DNA of 64,000 nucleotides from contig CP086569.2 of assembly GCA_009914755.4 (NCBI GenBank), positions 3,136,001-3,200,000 of the forward strand, given 5' to 3'. Under the pieces are notes generated by a model. It made no database searches. It was not told the DNA's origin and saw only the letters and a list, made by a program, of their open reading frames with translations. Position numbers and translations under genes: made by a program. The stretch comes from the human T2T-CHM13v2.0 reference genome, Homo sapiens. This document shows positions 43,441 to 57,910 of the stretch, one piece after another (within the stretch, counting starts at the first letter, position 1; each line of letters begins with the position of its first letter).

Positions 43441-43692
43441 ACATGTTCTCATTTATGAGTTGGAGCTAACTGATGAGAACACATGGACACACAGAGGGAA
43501 ACAGCAGACACTGAGGCCTACCTGAAGGTGGAGGGTGGGAGAAGGGAGAGGATCAGGAAAAATAACTAATGGGTACTAGGCTTAATACCTGAGTGATAAA
43601 CTAATCTATACAACATACCTCCATAACACGAGTTTACCTATATAAGAAACCTGAACATGTACTCCTGAATTTAAAATAAATGTTTAAAAAAT
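43441..43692 (+). mobile_element. LINE-1 3' end in direct orientation with A-rich tail (3' part of the same insertion)
   Basis: 'acatgttctcatttatgagttggagctaactgatgagaacacatggacacacagagggaaacagcagacactgaggcctacctgaaggtggagggtgggagaagg...acctatataagaaacctgaacatgtactcctgaatttaaaataaatgtttaaaaaa'. Confidence 0.85.
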
Positions 43693-43717
43693 AGTTGTGC
43701 TTTGATATTTGCAGTTC

Positions 43718-43788
43718 ATATATATATATAATATATACATATACATATATATACACATATACATATATATATATATATATATTTTTTA
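43718..43788. repeat. (TA)n/(TATACA)n microsatellite
   Basis: 'atatatatataatatatacatatacatatatatacacatatacatatatatatatatatatat'. Confidence 0.95.
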
Positions 43789-44129
43789 AGTGTGGCCAAT
43801 CGTACACCTTTAACATTGGGTATGGCAGCTGGAATATTGCAGATAACACAAAAACTGATAACACATCAAGGCCACAAATTAAGAAGATGAACTTTCTCAA
43901 ATGAGGGAGTGATTTTTCTTACCATGGTTTTCACTAATGTCAAATTGAATGGTAAGATGTGGGGCCATTGCAATGTTTTTCTTATGGCGAAATCACATGC
44001 ATTTTACCCTAACCTGTTAAGCAAATGTAAACTGGACTTGTGTCTTAGCTATATCACTGAGTCTAAAAACATTGACTCAATTTGTTTGTTGTGCCAAATT
44101 TTCAGCCAACTTAAATGGCATTGAACTGA

Positions 44130-44513
<384 letters not shown>

Positions 44514-47202
44514 TAAGCCCTCCAAATTTAATCTCTACAATATTGAAGTAGAAAATGTAATTGTTACATTTACATCTAAAATTTTGTTTATAATTTAATA
44601 AGTTGAATGATTAAATTTGTAAATATACAAGATCGGATTAGTTCATTTGAAGCTTACGATGGAAGTCTTCCTTCATAGAAACAACTCAATTCCATGTTAA
44701 CCATGTGGTAGCTAATAAATGTGGCAGAAATTTATTTAAAAATAATTTATACTTTCTATTATTTAGACCAAATTATAGGATTCTGAAAGTTCACAATCTT
44801 TTCAGTTGATCATGACCCATATGTTGTACTTTTAAACCAATAATCAATGTTATATAACCTTGAAATGATTCCAAACACCTAAGTAGTTTGCTATATAAGT
44901 GATACATTTTGCCGTGATAAGAACTTGGAGTTTATTCCCCATTCTCCTTAAGAAGGTGACACCTTATAAAAATCCATATGTGAATTATTGACCTCACCTC
45001 CTGCACTTCAAAATACATATAAACCCAAATTTGACAGACACTTTGAGAGCTTAGGCTGCAGCTGGCTATAAATCAAGAACATTTTCTGTGATAGGGCTGC
45101 ATTGTCAGCTGCTTCTCTGAGGACTAACAGGTCAGGTAGTGGCAAAGCAACATCTTTAGGCTTTGAGTTAACCTTTGAAGTCTTGTTGGTTAACAGAAAC
45201 CTCATCTTCTTGTGTCAAAGGACCTGAAGTGCCTTCACAGATCTCCTACTATGTTGGATATCATCTCTCCTGAGAACCACTCCTATAAAGTCATACCTCA
45301 AAGTTGAATTAGACTTTACTTTCCACAGAGGCCTGCTTTTATTCAGATTTAGCAAGTAGACTAATAATTTTGAAACACACTTACTATGTGGTTAATGTAC
45401 CTCGCCTATTGAGTGCATTCTCTGTGAGATTTGTTCATGTAATTCTCCCCCTCTTTAAACACTGCAAACCTAAGGGAAAAAAATTATATTTGTATGGCAA
45501 TAAACTGTGTCATTCCTGAAACTATGCTGTTATCATCTCCTTAGTTCTATGATACAAAACAACCACCAATTCAAAATAATACAATGTGAGTTCTAATATC
45601 AATAATAACTCTTGAAAAATGAAGTACAGACTTAACATTTCATTTGAGAAACAGTGAATCAAAATATCACCAGGCAATAGTTACAAGGGATTCATTACCA
45701 TATTTACACTGGAAGAATCTCCTCCAGGTTTTTTCTTAATGAAAGAAGTCATGTGGAATAGAATTTTTTGTTTGCTTTTTTTTCTTACCAGATTTTATAA
45801 AGGTATTTCCTGAATTTCCCTGGGGAATCTACAGCTGGGAAATAAACTTTCATTTTTCAGTTACTTAGAAATTTTTAGGGAACAAGTTGTAACACAACTG
45901 GCATTTTAATTAAATGTTCTTATTAATGGACTGGCTGACACTTTCAAACATAGGTCTTGGTTTGTAAGAGACACAATGTGAAAGCAGAAATGTAAGAGAT
46001 GCAATGTGAGAAGACAAACCATGTGACTCTGCAGTTGGCTAACACTTGAAAAGACAGTTTGCTTAAGTGTATAATATTCCAAGGTCACTGGTATTTCAGC
46101 AGATACACTGAAGAAGAATTAATATTTTATTTTTATTGTTGGATATTAAATGCAAAAATCCATCCTGTTTCTGACCATAAGAGTTACAGTGATTAGATTT
46201 GCTCTTCCTACACAAAGAATAGTAAATCTGGATAAACGTATAAAATGACTTTCCATAGAATGGAAATTAAGCAGTACAAGTATGAGATAAAGGGAAAAAA
46301 TAACTGGGTCCTTAAAAGCCTCTTGGCTCTCTGCTTGGAGGTGATTTCAACACTAAAAAAGGACGATTCACTTAGCTGAAAAAAGGTGATATCAGGTGGA
46401 GTGTAGAGTATTAATGAGTTGAGAAGAGAAATATTAGAATTTAGAGAGTGAGGTGGCAGAAAGTAAAAGGAAAATGTTTATCAGAGGAGAGAGAGAGAAA
46501 AAAGGGTCTCCAGCCCTCCATTAAGACCTTAATTTGTGTCAAAGATTAAGTGTTATGATTTACCAAAAGTTGAATATATAAAGAAACAATTTTTGGTAAC
46601 ACTTTTGTTCAAAGGCAGAATAAAATATGTGAGTTAAAATTTGATGAGACAAACTCATGATCTACATTATATACAGTTTTTTCCCACTAGATAACTAATT
46701 TTTTTCATGAATTTTTTATATTGGGGCTCAAAGAAAGTTTAGATTAATAAATGTACCACCAAATCTAAAATTTAAAAATAAAATAAAAAATAGATGTGTA
46801 GACTTACTTTCTAGAATTGTAAGTAATAAGATGAACTCACATTTATTTTGTGCTTTATATAAAATTGCTAATTTTTATGTTTTCACAACACTCCTATGAG
46901 AAAAGCATATCATTTTTTATAGATGAGATAACTATGGCTCCTAGTGATCGAGATTGAAAGTAGTATAGTTAGAATGTGAATACGTATTTATGTTACTTTA
47001 AAGATAACACATATAGGAGAAGAATCATACACTAGGGGCCTATTAACACATATATGTATCCACATATATAATGACACCCCAACATGGAATATATATCTAT
47101 AAATGAAGGTAAATAAGAAGTATGTAAAAACATGCTGCACATCATGTGTCATTAGAAATTGGAATGAGAACCACTACATAACTAGTAGAACAACTAAATG
47201 CA

Positions 47203-47250
47203 TAAAATAAAATAAAATAAAATAAAATAAAATAAAATAAAATAAAATAA
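47203..47250. repeat. (AAATA)n microsatellite, about 9 units
   Basis: 'ataaaataaaataaaataaaataaaataaaataaaataaaataaag'. Confidence 0.95.
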
Positions 47251-47720
47251 AGTCTAAAAACATGCATGCACAAAGAAATCCTATTGCAAATGGTTATAGC
47301 TGCTTTATCCATAATTACCAAAACCTGGAAGCAAATAATATGTCCTTTAGTGGATGAATGGACAAACTGTGGTACATCCATTCAATAGAATATTATTCAG
47401 GAATAAAAATAAATTAGCTACCAAAAACCAAAAAGACATAGATGAGTTTTAAATGCATGTTGCTACATGAAAGAGACCAGTCTATAGAGCTAGATACTGT
47501 ATAATTCCAATTATATGACATACTGAAAAGGCAAAACTACAGAAATGATAAACACATTAGTGGTTGCCATGAGTTGAAAGGGTGAGAGAATGTTTGAATA
47601 GGTGAACTACAGAAGACTTTTTAGGGAAGTGACATTATCATGTATGTTATTGTAATGATGGATTTGAAACATTGAGCATTTATCCAGTCTCATAAAATTT
47701 TATGCACTAAGAGTAAGTCT

Positions 47721-48023
47721 GGGCTAGGTGTGGTGGCTCACGCCTATCATTCCAGCACTTTGGGAGGCTGAGGAAGACGGATCACTTGAGGTCAGAAGTT
47801 TGAGACCAGCCTGACCAACATGGAGAAACCCTGTCTCTACTAAAAATACAAAATTAGCTGGGTGTGGTGGCACATGCCTGAAATCCCAGCTACTCGGGAG
47901 GGAGAGGCAGGAGAATCGCTGAACCCAGGAGGTGGAGGTTGCGATGAGCCGAGATTGCACCATTGCACTCCAGCCTGGGCAACAAGAGTGAAACTGTCTC
48001 AAAAAAAAAAAAAAAAAAAAAAA
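47721..48023 (+). mobile_element. Full-length Alu (AluS-like) with 23-nt poly-A and target-site duplication 'agtaagtctg'
   Basis: 'ggctaggtgtggtggctcacgcctatcattccagcactttgggaggctgaggaagacggatcacttgaggtcagaagtttgagaccagcctgaccaacatggagaaaccctgtctc...'. The flanks read 'gagtaagtctg|' before and '|aatagtaagtctgaatg' after. Confidence 0.95.
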
Positions 48024-49331
48024 GAATAGTAAGTCTGAATGTACACAAACATTTTTTTAAATAATTGAGAAGATTAAGACTCCGGGGATGGAATGCAGAA
48101 TCATCTGACAAAATAAAATGTACTAAAACTATGTGAAATATATGAAATGACCTCAATGAAGGAGATGGAAGAGTCTGTAGGACTAAAGGCAAAAGAAACT
48201 GTGTAGAAGCACTGTTTAAGTTTAGAAAACCATTTCCCATAAGGATATGGGTGAGTAATTCTGAAATTACTATACATATATATTGAAATTGAGTAATTAA
48301 TAAGTGTATGACAGAATGTAGCAGCCGGTTTTCTGTGTTTGTTTTTGTTTATGCTTTTACTGTTGGAGTGAGAGGTTAAATATTAACAAAGAGAAGAGGA
48401 AGCTGGGATCATATATATGGTAATTAAATAATGTTAGAGACATTGGTATGTATTTATATATATATGATAATAGAGAAATGAATACATATATAAATATTTA
48501 TAGGTAAGTCTATAATACAAAGGTTAGTATTCACAACTATATCTTTTTACTCTGTCAGGTGAGAGAGCCTAAAAGCAATTATATGCCATTAGCAAAGAGT
48601 ACACCCAGCACCTGAATCTTGTTTTCTACTATAATTATTCAATAAAAGAAACCACATCTCCTTAAAGAAATGACTGATTCTACAAATAGGGAAGAAAACA
48701 CGTAAGGCAAGCCTGGTGCATCTTATAGCAGCAGAAAGTAAGACAGTACCTGAAAAATCAGATCATTTTAAGGTTCATCAAAGGGCTATAGGAGCAAATA
48801 AAAAGAACTATCAATGGTTAAAGCTGGAAAAAATTGAGCAACATAATAAATGAGCTTGTATTGGATAATAATCCACAACAAAAACATTTTGTTCATACTG
48901 ATATAAATTAATGAGTTATTGAATAAATAAATGAGTAGAGAAGAATAACTACATCTTTCACACAAAATAATTCTAAATAATTTATGTAGAGAATCTGCCC
49001 TTAAGGAGGTGGAGTGTAACTCCCCATTCCTTAAATCTGAGCTGCACACACATATAATATGGATAGGGTGGGAATGAAAGTGACTTTACACTGGAGAAAA
49101 CTAGAAAACATTATCTAAGGCAGGTGACCAATGTTAACATCAATGATGATGCATCGTGTTGAGAGTATGTATCATTGATATGATGTCATGACGATGATGT
49201 TTTACACCTCAGGATTTCCATATATTACTCCAGTCTAATTATGAGATAAACATCAGAGAAATTCCAATTGGGGGACATTCTGAAAAATACCTGACCAGTG
49301 CTCTTCAAAACTGTAAAACAGTACTTGAGGA

Positions 49332-51335
49332 AAGGGGAGCAAGGTGGCAGAACAGAAGGCTCCACTAACCGTGTCACCTGCAAGAACACAAATGTAACAA
49401 CAATCTACAAAAAACACCATTATAAGAACCAAAAATTAGATGAGCACCTGATTATAACTTTATATTGCTGAAAGAGGCACTGAAGAGGTAGAAAAAAATA
49501 GTCTTGAATGCTAACACCACTCCTCCTTCATCCCCTGGCAGTGTCCATGTGGTGTGGAGAACATTTCTGTGTGCTGGGAAGAGGAATAGTGTAGCAATTG
49601 TGAGACATTGAACTCATCGCTGCAGTGCTATAGCAGAAAGAAAACAAAAGCAAACTCAGCCGATGCCCACCCAAAGAGGGTGCATTTAAGCCAGCCCTAG
49701 CTAGAGGGGAATTGCCAATCTCAGTGGCCCTTACTTGAGTTTCTGCAAGCTTCACCACCATGGGCTAAATTGCTATGGGTCTCCAAGTAAACTTGAAAGG
49801 CTGCTTGAGGAGATGAGAGGCAAGAGCGGGGAGGGCTTTGTCTTGCTTCTTGAATACCAGCTCAGCCACAGCAGGATAGAGCACGAGTCAGTCATGAGAT
49901 CCCCTTTCCAGGCCCCAGCTCCTGGATGATGTTGCTAGACACACTCTGTGTAAGAAGAGAACCGACTCCCTTGAAGGAAAGGAGCCAATTCTGGCATAAT
50001 TCATCAACTGCTAACTGAAGAGCCCTTGGGCCCTGAATAACTAGCAGCGATACCCTGGTACTATGTCAAGGGCTTGGGGTGACACTCTGAGACTTGCTGG
50101 CTTCAGTAGAGACTCAAAACATTCTCAGCTCTGGTGGCTACAAAGCAAGATTCCTTCTGCTTGAGAAAACTAGAGGGAAAAGTAAAGGGGACTTTGTCTT
50201 GCACGTTAGGTACCAGCTTAGCCACAGGGGTTTACAGCACTAAGTGTGCTCTTGAGGTCCCTGATTCCAAGATTTGGATCTTGGACAACATTTTTGGACC
50301 TGTGCTTGGCCGGAGGGGCGCCCACTCCCCTGAAGGTTGAGGGGTGGGTCTCAGGCAAGGCAGCAATCACCACAAGCTGACTGAAGAGCCCTTGGGCCTT
50401 AAGGAGTCATCGGCCGTAGCCTGATAGCACCCTCTGTGGATGTGTGGAGGCAGTGGCCACAAGATGAGGCTCCTCTGCCTTTGGAAAGAGAAAGGAAGTG
50501 TGGGAAGGACTGGGCTTTCTGGTTCGAGTGCCAGCTCTGTTGCAGTACAATAAAATACCAGGTAGACTGCTAAGGTTTTTGACTATAGTCCCTAGCTCCT
50601 GGTAGGCACCTCTGGACCCACTCGAGGTCTGGGAAAACTCACCACCATGAAGGGAAAGACAAAGGCCTGGCTGGCTTTACCACCTCCTAATTGTAGAGCC
50701 CCAGGTCCTTGAGTAAACACAGTAAGTAGTCAGGGAATGGTTACGGCAGGCCTTGGGTGAGACCCAGTGCCATACTAACTTCAGGTCTGACCTAGTGCTG
50801 TCCTAGGTGTGGTGACCACAGGGATGCTTGTGTCACAAAAACTACAGTTCCAAGTAGCTCAAAGGAGAGAAAGAGACTCTGGGAGAAAGTAAGGGGAGAG
50901 AGCAAGAGTCTCTGCCTTGTAATTCAGAGAATTCTTCCTTATCTTGCCCAGGACTATCAAGATGGTACCTATATAAGTCTGCAAAAAACAGTGTTAATGA
51001 GCTTGTGGTGCCCCCTAAAGCAGATACAGCTTAGATCACAACAACCAAGTCTTTTCGAAAATCTGGAAAGCCTTTCCAAGAAGGATGAGGATAATAAGCC
51101 CAGACTAAGAAAACTACAATAAAAACCTAACTCTTTGATGCCCAGACAGAGATGAACATCTATTAGTATCAAGAACATACAGGAAAACATGACCTCACCA
51201 AATTAACAGAATAAAGCACCAGGGACTAATCCTAGAAAAAAAGAGGTATGTGACCTTTCAGACAGAAAATGTAAAATAGCTGTTTTGAGGAAACTCAAAG
51301 AAATTAAAGATAACAGAGAGGGATTTTGAAATTAC
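49332..51335 (+). mobile_element. LINE-1 5'UTR plus start of ORF1 (same older L1PA/L1PB-like subfamily as 19470-21700), 3'-truncated with no downstream L1 body
   Basis: This fragment is co-linear with 19470-21700. Compare 'ggggagcaaggtggcagaacagaagg...ccaaaaattagatgagcacctg...' with 'gggagcaagacgactgaatagaag...ccaaaaatcaggtgagtaacc...'. Shared blocks are 'gactttgtcttgc..ggtaccagct.agccac.g', 'ctgactaaagagcccttgg', 'agagtctctgcct.gtaattcaga.aattct' and 'gaaagccttcccaagaaggat'. Homology stops near 51335. Confidence 0.85.
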
Positions 51336-51674
51336 ACCCAGCTTTCTTCTGCTCTATTAAATATTAGTTCATGCAAGCTGTGTTTTAAGCACTGTCGCTC
51401 AGGCTTAATTTTCTAACCTCTTCTCTCACCGCCCTCAGATTACTGTTGAAAATAAAGAGTGGTATTTATTGGTTTTATATTATGTGTAGAGGTGAATTTA
51501 TATATTCTTTGTGAAGATAGGTAGTATATGAATAAAACTTTTTCTACACGAATTAAAATTTCTCATATTGGCTTTTCAGTCATAGTGATGTAGCATTCCA
51601 AATATTAATAAGTTGTTTTTAAATTTTTAGTTAGATAAGTGTAGCTCACCTGCATTAAAAAATCTATTTTATCA

Positions 51675-52118
<444 letters not shown>

Positions 52119-52879
52119 CTAAATATATTTAATAATCAAATAGGTCAGAAGAAAATAAATAAATACAAAGAGATAGGGTAAGGAGAGAAGGATTTGTGGT
52201 AAGCAGAGATAATTTATCAAAAGGTAGCATGTATTTGAAAACAAACAAAAATATATGTCAAATGTAATTTTAAAACATTAATGTTGGTACAGTCTCTTCA
52301 GTTGGAAATAAAACTCAGAATGTCTATAATACCAAAAGAGGTTTAACAAAAAGAGAACAAAAAACCCTTGCAGATTTGATTTCACATTAAAAGTGAATTC
52401 CCAAGTCAATTAATTATGGTTTCCATAGTTTCAAGCAGACATATATGGATTTTAAATATACTGTATTAGACTCCTCAACAATGATTTTCTCTCTAGAAAG
52501 CACAAATAAATAGAGTCAATAATGTGAGTTTCCTTTTGTATTTAATCATTTAAGTTTCAATAGAAGGTACTTTGTAATTAGATATTTCCTTCTTTTTCCT
52601 CCTCTGTTAAAAAAAGCTAAGAAGTAGTATTTTCTTTTTTGCTTACGGAAGTTTTTCTTGTACCAGAAAAGACTTTTAACATGTGAAATAGAATTTTATA
52701 GACTAAACTAACCAGCCTACAAATCTTCTTATACTCTAAAATTTATGCAGATATTTTAAGTTACAGAATACATTTACAGATGTTCCTGGACTTAACGATG
52801 GTGTTACATCTTTATAAACTCATCATAGCTTGAACATACCATAAGTCAAAAATGCATCTAATACACATAACCTATTGAA

Positions 52880-52935
52880 CATTATAGTTTAGCCTACATT
52901 ATAGTTTAGCCTAAACATTATAGTTTAGCCTAAAT
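52880..52935. repeat. Minisatellite: three tandem copies of an ~18-bp unit '(ca)ttatagtttagcctaaa'
   Basis: 'cattatagtttagcctaca ttatagtttagcctaaa cattatagtttagcctaaa'. Confidence 0.9.
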
Positions 52936-55900
52936 GTGCTTGGGACACTTATATTAGCCTATAATTGGGCAAAATTATCTAACACAAAGGCTATTTTATA
53001 ATAAAGTATTAAATACATAATGTATTGACTACTGTACTGAATGTGGAAAACAGAATGGCTGTGTGGGTACTCCAAGGATAATTTCTACTGAATGAACATT
53101 TCTTTTGCATCATACATATCTGTATGACCTTACTAAGCATAGTAAACTTGACTAAAGCCTGATTCTTGTTCATTAAAAATGCTTATTAATGTCATTTTCT
53201 TCCAGCAGGAAAACCAGTGAGTACCATCCAAATAATAATTTTAAAGACATTCTTCAACAATGTGATTATTCTAACTCCAAAACAGATAAAATAAAAGGTA
53301 AATAAATAAATGGATGTGAATTTCATACTTGATATTTTGCCAAATTAAATATTATCAGTTTTGTATCATTATACATAAATATACCTCTTCTTATATATTT
53401 AATGGTTTATATTCCCCTCCCCTTCACATTGTGGCATTATGTTACTAGAATGTACTTCTTGGAATATAACTGTGTTATCTAAACTAGAAATATATTAAGA
53501 CTTTTTTAAAAATATTCACTCAGTTTACCAGTATTTACTAGAATTCAAAAAAATAGTCACAAACTTTCAAGTAATATTTATATAAGAAGTTCAGATAAAT
53601 AATTGGAATATTTTTAATTATAGACTACAACAAAGGACGTTGATGATTCAGGGTAACAGTGGAGAATCAGGAAGAAGGGAGAAGAGAGTGAATTTGCATT
53701 ATGTAGTGGTGAATAGAAACTTTATTTTCTTTTAAATTTGACTGAGAGCTGTTCTGCCACAAAATTTTTATTTAGGTGCATTGTAGATGTATGTATATGC
53801 ACATTTCTGTTAGTGAGTGTATATGTATGTCTTTCCTATACATCTTGTGTTTAAAGTAATATAAACATATATTCATAGGTAATTACACTACTTTTAAGCT
53901 TAATCTTTTTGAGCCACAGTTTTCTTATCTAAGTAAAAAATAATATGCCTTTCTCATAAGATTTTTGTGAAAATTAAAAACTGGCAACTTGATATAAAGC
54001 ATAAAATAAATGTGAATTCATCCCGTTGATTACTATCAAAAAGAATAGGAAATCAAACTATATATTCATTGAGTCAAAAAATAAATACTTCATAGAAAGG
54101 AAATAGCTCTACAACAGCCAAAACCAATATGATGGATATATCACAAATTATAATCGCTCATAGAATTATAACTCATATTTTTTCTGCCTCTGAAGAAAAC
54201 TATAAACACTTTCAAATATATGTTTTATAAAGTTTTAACTTTAGATAAACCACAGCTTAATCTGAGTCAACATCACACACAAAAGAATTACCAATGTTGT
54301 AACATTTAAATATGATCAGTTTGTCTTCAGCTTTATTAAAAATGAGCAAAAGCAAAAACAACTAGATAAAAACAAGCAAACATGTCTAATTTAATAGATA
54401 TGGGAGCTACCTCTTAAAGTAACTTGGGCTTGAGAAGCCAAATCCCTGGGAAAGTCGAACCAGAAAAACAATCAACATTGATATTATGGAATTGGATATG
54501 TAACTCTGGGAATTTTCAACTATATTAATGTCAATTATGAAATGTATTGTTTTCTCCCTTCTACTTTAGAATTAATTCATTCTTCTAATTCTGTGCTTTC
54601 AAAATTAAAGTTTAGGTCATTGATTTTAAATATTTTTTCACTTGCTAATGTAAGCATCAATAAATGCTTATATTATACTCCTTTCCCTCTCACTGCTGCT
54701 TTAACTTCCTCCCACTAATTTATATATATTTTTTCTTTCATTATATTAGATAAAAAATAATTTCTAATTTTCTTGTGATTTACTCTTTGATATTGTCATT
54801 TAAAAATATTTTATTCAAACTTTATCCAATTTTGGAAATAATTTTGTTTTTTTTTGGTTTTAGTCAGAAAGCATATATTACATAATTTCTATTATTTGAA
54901 ATGCATTAAGTATTATTTTTCTGGTCCAATATTGGCCTCCGTTAGCGAATGTTCCATGAGTATTTGGAAAAAATACTAGATATAATGTTTTCCAGATGAC
55001 TATTCGGTCATAATATATGATAGTATTAAAATATACAACTATAACTTTGATTTGATTGATGAATAAACATTACATATTTTGTTTTTGGTGTCTTGAAGGT
55101 CTGCTTTCATATTCATGCACACTAAAATTAATTATTTCCTCTTTAACATTGACCCTTTGATTGACCCTTTGATTATTATGAAATGCCACTCTTTATCTCT
55201 TGTAATATACTTTGACGTGGAGCCTGTTTGATTTGTTGTTAACATACCTAACGAGAGTTTGCTTGCATCCTATCTCTCTCTTTCTAAACACTTTATTGAT
55301 GTATAATTACCATAATATGAGAATATAAAATGCACCTATTAAAAGTGTACAGTTCAATGGCTTCTAGTATATTCACAAGGTTGGGCAACCATCATCATAA
55401 TTTAAATTTTGAACATATATATTTCAAGATAAAACTACTTTATCAGATATAATCATTGCAAATATTGTCTCCCATTCTTTGGATTGTCTCTTTACTTTTT
55501 AAAATTATATCCTTTGACACACAAAAGTATTTAATTGGATGAAATACAATCTATCATTTTGTTGATTGTGCTTTTAATATCATATCTAAGAAACCATCAA
55601 CTAATCCAAGCTTATTAAGATGTATGTGTATTTTCTTCTAAGTGTTTTATACTTTTAGATCTTATGTACAGATTTTTAATCTGTTAACCTTCTTAAACAT
55701 GATATGAGGTAACAATCCCATTTTATTCATTTGCATGTGGGTGTCCAGTTGTCCCAGCACCATTTGCTGAATGACTATTATTTCTCATTAAATGGCCTTG
55801 GCACCCTTGTCAAAAATCAGTTGAACATGGATGCATATTTCTGTTTCTGGACTCTCAATTCTATTCCATTTTTTTCCATGTCTAATGCTTTTGCCAGTAA

Positions 55901-57658
55901 CACTGCATTGATTATTGTCACTTTCTAGTTAAGTACTGAAACTGGGAAATGTGTGTCTTACTACTTTGTTCCTCCTTTTAAATATTGTTTCGTTAATCTG
56001 AGTCCCTTGCAATTCTATATACATTTAAAATTTAGAACCAGCTCACTAATTTCTATAAATAAAATAACAAGACTTGTGTTGCATCTGTAAGTCAATTTGG
56101 GAAGCATTTTCACCTTACGATATAAACTTTTCAGTTCTATAATCATTAAGTATTTTTCCCACGTATTATTGTCTTTAATTTCTTTAAACAATTGTTTACG
56201 GCTTTCAGAGTACAAGTTTTTAAGTTTATTTCTAGGTATTTTATTATTTTGGTACTATTGTAAATAAAATCATTCTCAATTTTATTTTCAGATTCTTTGT
56301 TTCAAGTTTAAAAAAGTAAAATTAATGTTTGTTTATTGATCTTATATACTGCAGTTGTGCTGAACTCATTTACGTGTTCTAATATTTGTCATTAATTCCT
56401 CAAGATATTCTACACTCAAGACCATTTCATCTGTGAATTGAGATAGTTTTACCTCTTCCTTTCAAATCTGAATGTTTACTATTTCTTTTGCATATCTAAT
56501 TCCCCTGGATAGTACTGCCAGTGAAATTTTAAATAGATGTAATGAGAGTAGATATTTTTGTCTTATTTCTGATCTTAAGGAGAAAGAATCCAGTCTTTCA
56601 TGGTTAAGTGTAATATTAGCTGCTGGGTTTTTTTGTGCATACTCTTTATCAGGTTGAGGAAGTTTTCTTCTATTCCTAGTTAATTGAGTGGTTTTATCAT
56701 GAAATTACATTTGATTTGGTCAAATGCTTTTTCAGTGTCTATTGAGATGGTCCTCTGATTTTTATCTCTTATTCTATTGATGTGATGTGTTAATTTCATT
56801 AATTGTTAGATATTAAGCCAATATTACCTTCAAGGTATAAATCTCATTTGGCAATGGTGTATATTTCTTCTTATAAGTTGCAGGTTTCAGTTTGCCATTA
56901 GAGTTTATCTTTGAATAACATGGGCTTGAAATGTGTGGATTTTTTTTTCAACAAATACATTAGCAAAATATCTGGGGATTTGTGATAATTTGAAAAAAAC
57001 CACGGTCAACATAGTCAACGAATTTTGATACAAAGAAGTATGGAATGTCATGAATGCATAAAATATATGTATATACTAGTCTATCTTATTATTCACTACT
57101 GTAGAATATATACATATCTATTACAAAATTTAAAATTTATCAAAACGTACAGACATATTTCCAGACCATACATGGCACCACTAGCAGTCAAGAGAAATGT
57201 AAACAAATGTAAAGGTGAAGTATTAAATAATAATTGCATAAATATAATCATAGTATATACATGAAGACAATAAGGACGAAGACCTCTATTATGAGCCACT
57301 TCCACTTAATGAATACTAAATATATTTTCTTTTCTTTATGATTTTCTTAAAAACATTTTTTCTCTAGTTCACTTTATTGTAAGAGTACAGTATTTAATAA
57401 ATATAATATACAAATTTGTGTTAGTCAATTGTTTATGTTATCTGTAAGGCTTCTAGGCAACAGTATGCTATTACTTGTTGTTTTTGGGGAGGCCATCATT
57501 ATCCTGGTAACCAAAACAGACAAAGATTTATAAAGAAAGACGATTTAGGTCCAGATTTTCTTTATGAATGTAGATCTGTTGAGGAAAAGTCCTCAACATA
57601 ATACAGTTAACTTTTGAACAATGCAGGAATTTGGTATGTCAATCGCCTGTGCAGTTGA

Positions 57659-57910
<252 letters not shown>

